From Bacilli bacterium (lineage in GTDB: Bacteria; Bacillota_I; Bacilli_A; ML615J-28; CAG-313), in the NCBI GenBank assembly GCA_017501465.1, contig JAFVWY010000009.1, forward strand, positions 115,092 through 179,091: a stretch of 64,000 bases of DNA, given 5' to 3'. The position numbers were made by a program, and so were the translations under genes. Under the pieces are notes generated by a model. That model ran no database searches, had not been told where the DNA came from, and saw only the letters and a list, made by a program, of their open reading frames with translations. Shown here one piece after another: positions 1-9,937 of the stretch (positions are counted from its first letter, which is position 1; each line of letters begins with the position of its first letter).

Positions 1-468
1 GCTGAAGTTATTAAAGAACACTTCCCAACATGTGAGGTTGTGATGGGAACTTCAACTGCAGGTATTCCACATGCTGCATATGTTTCTGAAATCTTAAACT
101 TACCGATGGGTTATGTTAGAGGTGGAGCTAAAGATCATGGTAGAGGAAATCAAATTGAAGGGATTGTTCCTGTTGGAAAAGATGTCGTAGTAATTGAAGA
201 TTTAATTTCAACTGCCGGATCATCAATTGAAGTTGTTGATGTTTTAAGAAATGCCGGTTGTAATGTTTTAGGTATTGCATCTATTTTTACTTATAACTTA
301 CAAAAAGGAATTGATAGATTAAAAGAAGCCAATGTTATCAACCATTCATTATCTAACTTTGAAACATTAGTAGAAGTAGCGGCTGAAGAAAATTATATTT
401 CCAAAGAAGATATTAATAAAGTTTTAAAATTCCAAAAGAATCCTAGTGATCCTAGTTGGATGGAATAA
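1..468 (+). CDS. pyrE: orotate phosphoribosyltransferase, C-terminal part (5' end outside window)
   Basis: Frame is open from base 1. PRTase PRPP-binding motif VVVIEDLISTAGSS. A hairpin plus T-run terminator follows. Confidence 0.8.
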   Translation, partial: AEVIKEHFPTCEVVMGTSTAGIPHAAYVSEILNLPMGYVRGGAKDHGRGNQIEGIVPVGKDVVVIEDLISTAGSSIEVVDVLRNAGCNVLGIASIFTYNLQKGIDRLKEANVINHSLSNFETLVEVAAEENYISKEDINKVLKFQKNPSDPSWME

Positions 469-496
469 AAGGTTACATATGTAACCTTTTTTATTT
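468..496 (+). terminator. rho-independent terminator after pyrE
   Basis: aaaggttacatatgtaaccttt hairpin followed by tttttattt. Confidence 0.6.
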
Positions 497-561
497 AAAT
501 ATATATATTTTTCCATAAAATGTAGTATAATATTTATAACTTTTATGATAGAGGTTTAAAT

Positions 562-1587
562 ATGAAATATAGTTTTAGAAATGATTATAATCAAGTAGGA
601 CATCCAAGAATAATTCAAACACTTCTAGATCATGCAAACTGTGTAAATGTTGGATATGGCGAGGATATAGTTACAAAAGAATTAGAAAATATGGTTTCTA
701 ATTTAGTAGATGGCGATGTTAAGATATATTTATTAGTAGGTGGTACTTTAGCTAACAAACTAGTATTATCTAAAATTCTTGCTCCATACGAAGCTGTTAT
801 TGCATGTGAAACAGGACACATTAATGTACATGAAACTGGGGCTGTTGAACAAACAGGTCACAAGATATTAACTGTTAAAAAAGAAAATGGCAAACTATCA
901 TCAAAAGATATTCATGAAGTTATGAATATTCACAATGAAGTACACCGTGTTTTACCAAGAGTAGTCTATATTTCTAATTCAACAGAAGTTGGTACAATTT
1001 ATAAAAAAGAAGAATTAATGGATTTATATCACACATGTAAACAATATGGCCTATATTTATTCTTAGATGGTGCAAGACTACCTATTGCATTAACTTCTAG
1101 TGCAAATGATTTAAACCTTAAAGACATTTATAATTATACTGATGTTTTTTATATTAGTGGTACTAAAAACGGGATGCCACTTGGGGAAATGGTTGTGGTT
1201 AAAAATGAATTAATTAATAGTAATTTTTTGTATCATTTAAAAAATCAAGGTGGAATGGTATCTAAAACATTTACTCTATCTTATATGTTTAAAGAATATT
1301 TAAAAGATGATTTCTATTTAGAACTTGCAAGAAATGCTAATAAAATGGCAGAGTATTTAAAAGAAGAATTAATTAAATTAAATGTCAATATTAAGTACTT
1401 AAATGATACTAATCAAATTTTTGTCGAATTAAATAACGACATTATAGATACACTATCTAAAGAATATGATTTTGAGGTTTGGGAATCAAATTCTAATAGT
1501 ACTGTTATTCGTTTAGTTACATGTTTTAATACTACCTTAGATGGATGTAACATGTTAATTGAAGATTTAAAAAAATTGCTTAATTAA
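562..1587 (+). CDS. PLP-dependent threonine aldolase-like / beta-eliminating lyase family protein
   Basis: 341 aa. GGTLANKLVL-type fold-type I PLP segment. Overall similarity to low-specificity L-threonine aldolases. Confidence 0.55.
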   Translation: MKYSFRNDYNQVGHPRIIQTLLDHANCVNVGYGEDIVTKELENMVSNLVDGDVKIYLLVGGTLANKLVLSKILAPYEAVIACETGHINVHETGAVEQTGHKILTVKKENGKLSSKDIHEVMNIHNEVHRVLPRVVYISNSTEVGTIYKKEELMDLYHTCKQYGLYLFLDGARLPIALTSSANDLNLKDIYNYTDVFYISGTKNGMPLGEMVVVKNELINSNFLYHLKNQGGMVSKTFTLSYMFKEYLKDDFYLELARNANKMAEYLKEELIKLNVNIKYLNDTNQIFVELNNDIIDTLSKEYDFEVWESNSNSTVIRLVTCFNTTLDGCNMLIEDLKKLLN

Positions 1588-1604
1588 ATTACTTATAATA
1601 AAAA

Positions 1605-1636
1605 AGATTGTAATACTTAATTACAATCTTTTTTTA
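1605..1636 (+). terminator. rho-independent terminator
   Basis: agattgtaat..attacaatct hairpin followed by ttttttt. Confidence 0.6.
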
Positions 1637-1708
1637 TGAGTTTGACAATTCTGGTAATTTTTGGTATTATATAATAGATTTAATATACTAATCAAAAGGA
1701 GGAACTAA

Positions 1709-2575
1709 ATGTTTAAGTTTTTAACAGAAGCAACTACAGAAGCAGTCGATACTGCTAAACTTTCATTTAGTGAAATTTTAGAAAATGTTGTTAATTGGTT
1801 AGCAACAGAAGGTGTAAAACTTCTAATAGGTGTAGTTGTTTTATTAATATCATTTTATATTATAAATGTGTTTTCTAAAGGCATTCGAAAAAGAATGACT
1901 AAGAAAGGACGAGACAAAACTATAACAAGTGTTGTATTTCAATTAACTAGAAAGGGTCTAAAAATTGCAGTATTTATTTTATTCTTAGGCTATGTCGGAA
2001 TTGATACAGCCGGGATTGGAAGTATTATTGCCTCAGTCGGTGTTGGTGTTGGTTTAGCATTACAAGGATCATTAAGTAATTTAGCTGGTGGAGTAATTAT
2101 TTTATTAATGAGACCATTTAAAATTGGTGATTATATTAGTGCCCAAGGTGAAAGTGGAACAGTAGAAGATATTAGAATTTTTTATACATATCTTAATACT
2201 CCAGATAACAAAGTAGTAATGATTCCAAATGGAACCCTTGCTAATGGAACTATGGTAAACTATTCAGCTAAAGAACTTAGAAGAGTTGATTTGGAATTTG
2301 GTATTAGTTATGATGAAGACTTTGAAAAAGCTAAAGCTGTTATTTGGGAAGTTATTGATAACACTGAAAATATTTTAATGGATCCAAAACCATTGGTTAG
2401 AGTTTCTAGCCATGGTGATAGCAGTATTAATATAGCTGTTAAAGTATGGACTAAAAATAGCGACTATTGGAATGTATATTTTGATTTAATGGAATCAATG
2501 AAGAAAGAGTTTGATCATTCTGGTATCGAAATTCCATATAACACTATGGATATAAATATTAAAAAAGAAAAATAA
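1709..2575 (+). CDS. mscS: small-conductance mechanosensitive channel (MscS family)
   Basis: Three TM helices, then the MscS beta-domain LLMRPFKIGDYISAQGESGTVEDI and MIPNGTLANGTMVNYS. A TTGACA / TATTAT promoter lies upstream. Confidence 0.85.
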   Translation: MFKFLTEATTEAVDTAKLSFSEILENVVNWLATEGVKLLIGVVVLLISFYIINVFSKGIRKRMTKKGRDKTITSVVFQLTRKGLKIAVFILFLGYVGIDTAGIGSIIASVGVGVGLALQGSLSNLAGGVIILLMRPFKIGDYISAQGESGTVEDIRIFYTYLNTPDNKVVMIPNGTLANGTMVNYSAKELRRVDLEFGISYDEDFEKAKAVIWEVIDNTENILMDPKPLVRVSSHGDSSINIAVKVWTKNSDYWNVYFDLMESMKKEFDHSGIEIPYNTMDINIKKEK

Positions 2576-2596
2576 AGTTAGAAAGAAGGTAATATT

Positions 2597-3157
2597 ATGT
2601 TATTAGATTTATTCATCACTTTCTTTAAACTAGGACTATTTACTTTTGGTGGTGGATATGCAATGATATCTAATATTAAAGAAATAATCGTAGAAAAGAA
2701 ACAATGGATAACTGAAGATGAACTAATAGAAATGATTACAATAGCTGAGTCTACTCCAGGGCCAATTGCTATTAATATGGCAACTTATGTTGGTTATCAT
2801 AAAGCCAAAATCCTAGGCAGTATTCTATCAACTTTAGGTGTAGTTTTACCATCATTTATAATAATATTTATTATTTCTTTATTTCTAGAACAATTTATGA
2901 CAATTAAATATGTTCAATATGCTTTCTATGGAATTAATGCATGTGTATCATTTTTAATTTGTCGAACAGGTTTTAACTTAGTTAAAAAAATTGAAAAGAA
3001 AAAACTACCAATTATTACTTTTATAATTGTATTTACCCTTTTAATGTTATTTGAAATTTTATCAATTTCATTCTCATCAATATTATTTATTATTTTTGGA
3101 GGATTACTAGGTATTATATACTACGGTGTAATTACTGGAAAAGGAGGATCAAAATAA
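2597..3157 (+). CDS. chrA: chromate transporter ChrA family, N-terminal half-size paralog
   Basis: FGGGYAMI, ESTPGPIAINMATYVG motifs. Paired with the adjacent half-size paralog. Confidence 0.75.
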   Translation: MLLDLFITFFKLGLFTFGGGYAMISNIKEIIVEKKQWITEDELIEMITIAESTPGPIAINMATYVGYHKAKILGSILSTLGVVLPSFIIIFIISLFLEQFMTIKYVQYAFYGINACVSFLICRTGFNLVKKIEKKKLPIITFIIVFTLLMLFEILSISFSSILFIIFGGLLGIIYYGVITGKGGSK

Positions 3158-3729
3158 TGATTTATTTAGAATTATTTTTTGAATTCTTTAAAATTGGTCT
3201 ATTCACATTTGGTGGTGGATTTGCAATGATACCTTTAGTAAAAGATTTAGTAGTAACAAAAGGTTGGCTTGGTGTTGAAGAATTTACTAACCTTATTGGT
3301 GTATGTGAATCTACGCCAGGTCCAATTGCTATTAATATGGCTACATATGTTGGTTCAATACAAGCAGGATTTTTTGGTAGTGTTTGTGCAACTATTGGTG
3401 TTGTTTTACCATCAGTTATTATAATAATTTTAATTGCTGCAATTTTGAAAAACCTAACTACAAATATTTATTTTAGATCATTTATAAAAGGGGTTAAACC
3501 AATTATTTCAGCTCTTATTTTATCAACAGGTCTAATTTTACTTGCAAAATGTTTTGGCTATGAAAATATACATACTATATCATTTAAAATTGTGCCAATA
3601 ATAGTATTTGCAATTATTGCTTTAGTATATTTTTTAAGCACAAAAGTTTTAAAGAAGAAAGTGTCTTCAATTCAATTAATTATTTTATCAGCAATCTTAG
3701 GTATTGGTATATCTTTAATAATGGAGTAA
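3157..3729 (+). CDS. chrA: chromate transporter ChrA family, second half-size paralog
   Basis: FGGGFAMIPL, CESTPGPIAINMATYVG motifs. Its start is coupled to the stop of the upstream half (ATAATG). Confidence 0.75.
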   Translation: MIYLELFFEFFKIGLFTFGGGFAMIPLVKDLVVTKGWLGVEEFTNLIGVCESTPGPIAINMATYVGSIQAGFFGSVCATIGVVLPSVIIIILIAAILKNLTTNIYFRSFIKGVKPIISALILSTGLILLAKCFGYENIHTISFKIVPIIVFAIIALVYFLSTKVLKKKVSSIQLIILSAILGIGISLIME

Positions 3730-3732
3730 AAA

Positions 3733-4545
3733 ATGGAAATCATTAAATACAATAATGGAATTGATTTTTATAATGATAATTTAGAAATATTAAATACACA
3801 TTTAATTGAAACTGCTTTCTTTAAATTGAATTACCCATTTATAAATACTTATGAAAAAGAAAATTACGCAATAAAAATAAAAGATAAAGACAAATATTTA
3901 ATTGCTCTTCAAAGAACACCTTATAATTTATTAATATTTGGTAATCATTTACTAACAAAGAATTTAGTTGAAATAATTAAAAAAGATGATTTAAAAGTAA
4001 ATGGTATTTTAACTAATAAATTAATAAGTAACGAATTCTTAAAAGAAGCTTCTAGATCATTTGACGGATTCTTTACTCTTAGAAATGATATGAGTATTTT
4101 AACTTGTAATAAATTTAATCAATTAAATCATTCATATGAAATATTAACTCCAACTGAACTTGATTTAAATGAATTAAAAGAATTACATGAACTATTTCAT
4201 GAAGAAATCTATCATGAAAAAGCTACTTATGAAATTGATGATATTTTACCTGATTTAAACAGCTATCAAATAATAAAACTAGACAATAAAATTGTTTCAA
4301 TGGTTAAAAAAGTTAGAGATGAGTTAACAATTTGTAGTATTTCTTTTGTATATACTAGAATTAATTATCGTTCTAAAGGGCTTGCAAGAATTTTAGTAAC
4401 TAATCTAACTAATGAAATAGTTTCTAATAATAAAACAGCATATTTATTTGTAGATAACTTAAATCCTATTTCTAACCATTTATATACTTCAATTGGATAT
4501 TGTTTAAAAGAAGAAAGAATTGAATATATTTATAATAAAAAATAA
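3733..4545 (+). CDS. hypothetical protein with C-terminal GNAT acetyltransferase-like domain
   Basis: C-terminal RINYRSKGLARILVTNL resembles the GNAT motif A region. The N-terminal 150 aa have no recognised motif. Confidence 0.45.
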   Translation: MEIIKYNNGIDFYNDNLEILNTHLIETAFFKLNYPFINTYEKENYAIKIKDKDKYLIALQRTPYNLLIFGNHLLTKNLVEIIKKDDLKVNGILTNKLISNEFLKEASRSFDGFFTLRNDMSILTCNKFNQLNHSYEILTPTELDLNELKELHELFHEEIYHEKATYEIDDILPDLNSYQIIKLDNKIVSMVKKVRDELTICSISFVYTRINYRSKGLARILVTNLTNEIVSNNKTAYLFVDNLNPISNHLYTSIGYCLKEERIEYIYNKK

Positions 4546-4627
4546 GACTAATCAAGTCTTATTTTTTTATTATTGACTATTCTTATACACTAGTGTATAA
4601 TTTAATAAGGATAAAGGAAAAACTTAT

Positions 4628-5824
4628 ATGAATTTTTTAAAAAAAATATATTGTCGTACATTTCAATTTTGTTTTAAGATAGCATACCCTTTTTTACCAT
4701 ATAAAGAACCCGTGATATTAAATAGTTTAAAAGAACTTTGTTTAAATATCAAAGAACACAACTATCAAAATGTCTTATTAATTACTGATAAAGGTATTAG
4801 ATGCCATGGTATTACCAAACCCTTAGAAGAAGAATTAAAAAACAATGATATTAATTGTATTGTCTTTGATGAAACGGTTGCTAATCCAACTACTTTGAAT
4901 GTAAGTACTGCGAAAGATTTATACATAAAAAATCAATGTCAATGTTTAATTGCTTTTGGTGGTGGATCTGCAATGGATTGTACAAAGGCTGTTGGGGCTT
5001 TAATTGCAAGACCAAATAAAAGTTTAGATAAACTTAAAGGGTTATTAAAGATTAGAAAGAAAACTCCGTTAATTTATGCTATACCTACTACTGCTGGTAC
5101 TGGTAGCGAGGTTACAATTGCTAGTGTTATAACTAATGAAGTAACACATCATAAATATACTTTAATGGATTTTAATTTAATTCCTAGTTGTGCAGTACTT
5201 GATCCTAGCGTTACTTACAGTTTGCCAAAACACTTAACTGCAACAACTGGTATGGATGCTTTAACTCATGCAATTGAAGCATATATTGGTAAGAGTAATA
5301 CTAAATACACAAGAAAAGTAGCGATTGATGCTATTAGATTAATCTTGGATAATATTGAAGTAGCTTATAATGAACCGAATAATTATGAAGCTAGAAAAAA
5401 CATGTTATATGCATCATATTTAGCAGGCATTGCTTTTACTAGATCTTATGTTGGTTATGTTCATGCCATAGCTCATTCCTTAGGGGGACAATATAATTTA
5501 CCACATGGACTTTTAAATGCAATAATTCTACCTAAAGTATTAAAAGTATATGATAAAAGTATTTATAAACAAATTCATAAATTATGTGTAATGTTAAATA
5601 TATCTAAGAAAAATGATTTAAAGCATGACAGTTTTAATAAGTTTATTAATAAAATTATACAATTAAATCATAACTTAGGTATTAAAGATCATATAGAAGA
5701 AATAAATACTAACGATATTTTGTTAATGGCAACTCATGCAGATAAAGAAGCTAATCCATTATATCCAGTGCCTAAACTGATGGATAAAAAGGAACTCATG
5801 AAAATATATCGAATATTAAAATAA
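4628..5824 (+). CDS. iron-containing alcohol dehydrogenase
   Basis: GGGSAMDCTKAV and GMDALTHAIEAY Fe-ADH signatures. A TTGACT-17-TATAAT promoter lies upstream. Confidence 0.8.
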   Translation: MNFLKKIYCRTFQFCFKIAYPFLPYKEPVILNSLKELCLNIKEHNYQNVLLITDKGIRCHGITKPLEEELKNNDINCIVFDETVANPTTLNVSTAKDLYIKNQCQCLIAFGGGSAMDCTKAVGALIARPNKSLDKLKGLLKIRKKTPLIYAIPTTAGTGSEVTIASVITNEVTHHKYTLMDFNLIPSCAVLDPSVTYSLPKHLTATTGMDALTHAIEAYIGKSNTKYTRKVAIDAIRLILDNIEVAYNEPNNYEARKNMLYASYLAGIAFTRSYVGYVHAIAHSLGGQYNLPHGLLNAIILPKVLKVYDKSIYKQIHKLCVMLNISKKNDLKHDSFNKFINKIIQLNHNLGIKDHIEEINTNDILLMATHADKEANPLYPVPKLMDKKELMKIYRILK

Positions 5825-5827
5825 AAA

Positions 5828-5856
5828 TAGGACAAAAATTTGTCCTATTTTTTTCT
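5828..5856. terminator. bidirectional terminator between the ADH (+) and the XRE regulator (-)
   Basis: taggacaaaaatttgtccta hairpin with T-runs on both sides. Confidence 0.6.
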
Positions 5857-6462
5857 TCTTATTAAGATGATAAAAAATATAAAAGCCATTACTTGAAGAG
5901 GAATACAAACGATATAGATTAAATAAATTTTATTAACTACATTTAATAAAGATAAATGAATTGATAATGCACAAGTCCATAATAAAACAGATGTAGTTGC
6001 AAATCTTGTATATTTGTTCCCCCACATACTAGCATATACTAAAAGTACAATGCTAGATACTGGCAAAGCATATATAAATGATAACCAAATTTTTAAATTT
6101 GGATGATTATCTTTTAAGATGCCAAGGATTAAGCAAACAATAGTTGCCACAAGCCAAACAATGCCTAGCGATAAACTAACAATAGAAAAGACTGTTCTTT
6201 TGCTTTTTCCTTTCTCCATTTTTTTAGGAATAAAATTAGTATCTTCATTTAGTAGTTGATCTACAGTAATTCCAAATAAATCTGCCATTTGTTTTAAAGT
6301 TATAACATCTGGTATTGATTCAGCTCTTTCCCACTTAGATAATGTCTTATCTGAGTAACTTAATTTATCAGCAAGTTCTAATTGTGTTAGTCCTAATTCT
6401 TTGCGATATTTAATTATATTTTTTGAAATTGTTTCTTTTAATTCTTCGTAATTGTTTTCCAT
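5845..6462 (-). CDS. membrane-anchored XRE-family HTH transcriptional regulator
   Basis: N-terminal LGLTQLELADKLSYSDKTLSKWERAESIP helix-turn-helix, followed by about four TM helices. Confidence 0.7.
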   Translation of the reverse strand: MENNYEELKETISKNIIKYRKELGLTQLELADKLSYSDKTLSKWERAESIPDVITLKQMADLFGITVDQLLNEDTNFIPKKMEKGKSKRTVFSIVSLSLGIVWLVATIVCLILGILKDNHPNLKIWLSFIYALPVSSIVLLVYASMWGNKYTRFATTSVLLWTCALSIHLSLLNVVNKIYLIYIVCIPLQVMAFIFFIILIRRKK

Positions 6463-6668
6463 ACATTATAATTATAACACAAAAATGGTTAAAATTGGTT
6501 AAATTTGACTATTTTTTTATAACTCTCTAAAAAGGAGAGTTCTATTCTACCAAAACAAGAAAAGAGAGTCTCTAATTAGGATAGTTACTTTAATAACATT
6601 CTATTGTATTTTCAAATTAATATATGTATAATTACTTGAAATTGATATTTTGAAAGGATGTATTAAAT

Positions 6669-7595
6669 ATGAAAAAACAAATTCCAATCTTTTTTGCGGT
6701 GGATAATAATTATGCACCCAATCTATCTGTTGTAATTGAATCAATAAAAGAAAATAGTTCAAAAGAGTATGAATATGATATTTATGTCCTGAATGAAAAT
6801 ATTTCTATTGATTATATGAATAAACTTAATAAATATAATAAGGATAATGTTAAATTAACGTTTGTTGATGTTTCTATAAAACTTTCTGAAATTTCAGAAA
6901 AACTGCCAACAAGAGATTATTATTCAAATGCTATTTTTTATCGTTTATTAATTCCTGAGTTATTTAAAGATATTGATAAAGCTTTATACTTAGATGCTGA
7001 CATTATTATTTTAGGCGATGTTTCTGAATTATATAATCATAATGTTGATGATTATTATTTGGGTGTTGTAAAAGATGATGTTGCTTCTAGTTGTAGTGAG
7101 TTTAGAACTTATACCAAAGAAGCACTAGGAGTTGATTCATCAAAATACTTTAATTCAGGCATTTTAGTTATGAACTTAAAAAAATTTAGAGACGATTTAA
7201 TGTTGGATAAATTTATTAATTTATTGAAAAAAGTAAAATTCTTTATCGCACCTGACCAAGATTATTTAAATGTTTTATGTTTAGATAAGGTTTTATATGT
7301 TAGTGAACTTTGGAACATGGCTCCTCTTCATGGCGTTATCCTTCCTGATGATGTGAAGTTAGTACATTTTAAGTTAACTGCAAAACCATGGCATTATAAT
7401 GATATTCAAAAATCAGATGAATTTTGGAAATATGCTAAAAGAACAGAATTCTTTAGTCAACTTCATTCAGCATTAATTAACTATTCAGATGAAAGAAAAG
7501 AAAAAGACTCTCATATTGAAGAAAACTTAATTAAGTTTGCAATTGAAGAAACTAAAAGAATTAAAGACTTAAATAATAATCATCAAATATTCTAG
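6669..7595 (+). CDS. glycosyltransferase family 8 (LPS 1,3-galactosyl/glucosyltransferase-like)
   Basis: IFFAVDNNYAPNLSV, DxD YLDADIIILGDV, FNSGILVMNLKKFR. Confidence 0.75.
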   Translation: MKKQIPIFFAVDNNYAPNLSVVIESIKENSSKEYEYDIYVLNENISIDYMNKLNKYNKDNVKLTFVDVSIKLSEISEKLPTRDYYSNAIFYRLLIPELFKDIDKALYLDADIIILGDVSELYNHNVDDYYLGVVKDDVASSCSEFRTYTKEALGVDSSKYFNSGILVMNLKKFRDDLMLDKFINLLKKVKFFIAPDQDYLNVLCLDKVLYVSELWNMAPLHGVILPDDVKLVHFKLTAKPWHYNDIQKSDEFWKYAKRTEFFSQLHSALINYSDERKEKDSHIEENLIKFAIEETKRIKDLNNNHQIF

Positions 7596-7597
7596 AG

Positions 7598-8434
7598 GTG
7601 TTTATGTCTAGAGAATATAAATTACAGTTATTAAATAAAATTAAAGACTATGAATTATTAAAAAAATTTAATGAGGATATTGAATCTGATCCGCCATATA
7701 AAACATTAAAACCAGAAGATGTTAGATACATAAACAAAAAGAAGATCCATATCTTTAAAACATATGTGGCTAATAGGATTGCTATTAATCACATTAATAA
7801 ATTAATTAAAAAAAAGCAATTGATCATAGAAGATGTTATAGGACTGGAAAATTTAATGAATGTTTGTACTAAACAAGGTTGTATTCTAACTTGTAATCAT
7901 TTTAATCCTTTTGATAATTTTGCATTACATGCTATCTTACAAGATTATTTGTTTGGTCAACATAAACACTTATATAAAGTGATTAGAGAAGGTAACTATA
8001 GTTTTAAAGGATTATACGGATTCTTTTTTAGAAATTGTAATACTCTTCCTCTTAGTTCTAATTTTGATACAATGAAAAAATTCACAAGAAGCATAAAAGA
8101 AGTATTACTTGAAGAAAAAGAAATTGTTTTAATATATCCAGAACAATCAATGTGGTGGAACTATAAACTACCAAGACCTTTAAAGATTGGAGCGTTTAAA
8201 TATGCTAAGAATTTTAATGTCCCTATCGTTCCATGTTTTATTACAATGAGAGATTCAGATATTTTAGATCCAGATGGATTCTACATACAAAAATATACAA
8301 TACATTTCTTAGAACCAATATTTCCCAATAAAGAATCTACACCGGAAGATTTAATGAATCAAAACTATAATGTTTGGAAAAAAACATACGAAGAGTTTTA
8401 TAATGTTCCACTTCAATATAAAAGCTTAGAATAA
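7598..8434 (+). CDS. lysophospholipid / 1-acyl-sn-glycerol-3-phosphate acyltransferase family protein
   Basis: H-x4-D catalytic motif NHFNPFD and a downstream IYPEQS box. Start is coupled to the GT8 stop. Confidence 0.6.
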   Translation: MFMSREYKLQLLNKIKDYELLKKFNEDIESDPPYKTLKPEDVRYINKKKIHIFKTYVANRIAINHINKLIKKKQLIIEDVIGLENLMNVCTKQGCILTCNHFNPFDNFALHAILQDYLFGQHKHLYKVIREGNYSFKGLYGFFFRNCNTLPLSSNFDTMKKFTRSIKEVLLEEKEIVLIYPEQSMWWNYKLPRPLKIGAFKYAKNFNVPIVPCFITMRDSDILDPDGFYIQKYTIHFLEPIFPNKESTPEDLMNQNYNVWKKTYEEFYNVPLQYKSLE

Positions 8435-9012
8435 TGTTAATCTACTTATTCTTAATTAGTATTACAATCTTAATAATGTTAGTTTTGAATATTTTTATTG
8501 GTATTGATAAATATAATTATTCAACTAGTTATATTATCGGTATGATTGTAATACATATTGTTGCTGTATTTATAATTGATGCAATAGTTGCATTCGTTAT
8601 TAATAAATTACCTAAAAAGTGGTTTAATTATAAAAGTAGTGTTTTTAAAATTTATAATTGGGAGAATAGTTTCTACAATCATTTAAAGATTAGAAAATGG
8701 AAAGAACATATACCAGAACTAGGTATGTTAGCTGGTTTTAGAAAAAATAAAATAAAAGAACCTAATAATAATGATTATTTATCTGTTTATTTAGAACAAA
8801 GTTGTATAGGAATTACAGTGCATTCATACTCAATACTATTAGGATTCTTAATCTTTTTAATCAAACCTAAATATTTTTTCTTTTTTGCATTACCAGTATC
8901 AATAACTAATGGTATTATTCATTTCCTATCTTTGAGTATTTTAAGATATAATGTGCCTAAATTAATTAGATTATTTGAAAGAAATAAAAAGAGGGTGTTG
9001 AAAAGTGAATAA
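8434..9012 (+). CDS. hypothetical polytopic membrane protein
   Basis: Four or five hydrophobic helices. Translationally coupled to both neighbours. No motif recognised. Confidence 0.4.
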   Translation: MLIYLFLISITILIMLVLNIFIGIDKYNYSTSYIIGMIVIHIVAVFIIDAIVAFVINKLPKKWFNYKSSVFKIYNWENSFYNHLKIRKWKEHIPELGMLAGFRKNKIKEPNNNDYLSVYLEQSCIGITVHSYSILLGFLIFLIKPKYFFFFALPVSITNGIIHFLSLSILRYNVPKLIRLFERNKKRVLKSE

Positions 9013-9859
9013 AGTAAATACTGTAATTATACCAGTTGCTGGGAAAGGAACTCGCTTTTTGCCAGTAACTAAAAGTGTGACAAAAACTATGTTTCCTATC
9101 ATTAATAAACCAGTTCTTCATTATTTAATTGAAGAAGGTATTAAAGCTGGTATTAAACGATTTATTATAGTTATTAATGATGAACAGGACATGATTAAAG
9201 ATTATCTTGACTTAAATAGTGATTATTATAATAATTTACATAAAGAATATCTAGAGCTTAATCAATTAGATGATATTATAAGACAAATTGAAATTAATTT
9301 CGTACATCAAGAAAAACCCTTAGGGTTAGGTCATGCAATACTTTGTTGTAAAGAATTAATTAAAAATGAACCATTTGGTGTAATGCTTGGAGATGATTTA
9401 GTCTTAAGCGATCAAACTAAATATGGAATTAGTGATTTAATTAAAGAATATAATAAAAATGCTGTTAACTATTTAGGCGTTCAAGAGGTTGAAATTGAAA
9501 ATACTAAAAAATATGGTATCGTAAAAACCCATAATAAAAAAGTAGTTGGAATTGTCGAAAAACCTCAAAGTAATCCACCATCAAATCTTGCTGTTGTTGG
9601 TAGATATGTTTTTAATCCATCAATTTTTGATTATTTGGAAACTTTAACAACTGATGGTGTTAAAGAGATTCAACTTACTGATGCTATTGAACTGGCTTTA
9701 TCAAAAGAAGTAGTGAACGCAATTCAGTTTAGTGGTATTAGATTTGATATAGGTGATCACTCTGGTTATATTGAAGCAGTAATTTATGCTGCATTACTTG
9801 ATAAAACGACTAAACAAAATGTTTTAAAATATATCGATAAATATCAACTAGTGTGTTAA
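9005..9859 (+). CDS. galU: UTP--glucose-1-phosphate uridylyltransferase
   Basis: IPVAGKGTRFLPVTKSVTKTMFPIINKPVLHYLIEE nucleotidyltransferase N-terminus. Terminator follows. Confidence 0.85.
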   Translation: MNKVNTVIIPVAGKGTRFLPVTKSVTKTMFPIINKPVLHYLIEEGIKAGIKRFIIVINDEQDMIKDYLDLNSDYYNNLHKEYLELNQLDDIIRQIEINFVHQEKPLGLGHAILCCKELIKNEPFGVMLGDDLVLSDQTKYGISDLIKEYNKNAVNYLGVQEVEIENTKKYGIVKTHNKKVVGIVEKPQSNPPSNLAVVGRYVFNPSIFDYLETLTTDGVKEIQLTDAIELALSKEVVNAIQFSGIRFDIGDHSGYIEAVIYAALLDKTTKQNVLKYIDKYQLVC

Positions 9860-9861
9860 AA

Positions 9862-9894
9862 AAGTCTTAGTATTAATTACTAAGACTTTTTTTA
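9862..9894 (+). terminator. rho-independent terminator after galU
   Basis: aagtcttagta..tactaagactt hairpin followed by ttttttt. Confidence 0.65.
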
Positions 9895-9937
9895 GTCTTT
9901 TTTGAATTTTTAGTTCATAAAATTAATGAGGTATGTT

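Noticed and set aside
630-821. Antisense or overlapping short ORFs from the six-frame track: 630..821-, 10306..10506-, 10603..10857-, 14835..15137-, 15361..15609-, 16120..16401-, 18115..18303+, 18986..19339-, 23011..23217+, 26053..26271-, 28600..28851-, 32889..33140-, 33803..34141-, 43283..43567-, 45076..45357-, 48339..48536-, 49204..49539-, 52684..52866-, 57005..57202-.
   Set aside because: Each lies entirely inside a confidently assigned conserved gene on the opposite strand or in another frame. They lack RBS and have low-complexity composition. Treated as spurious.
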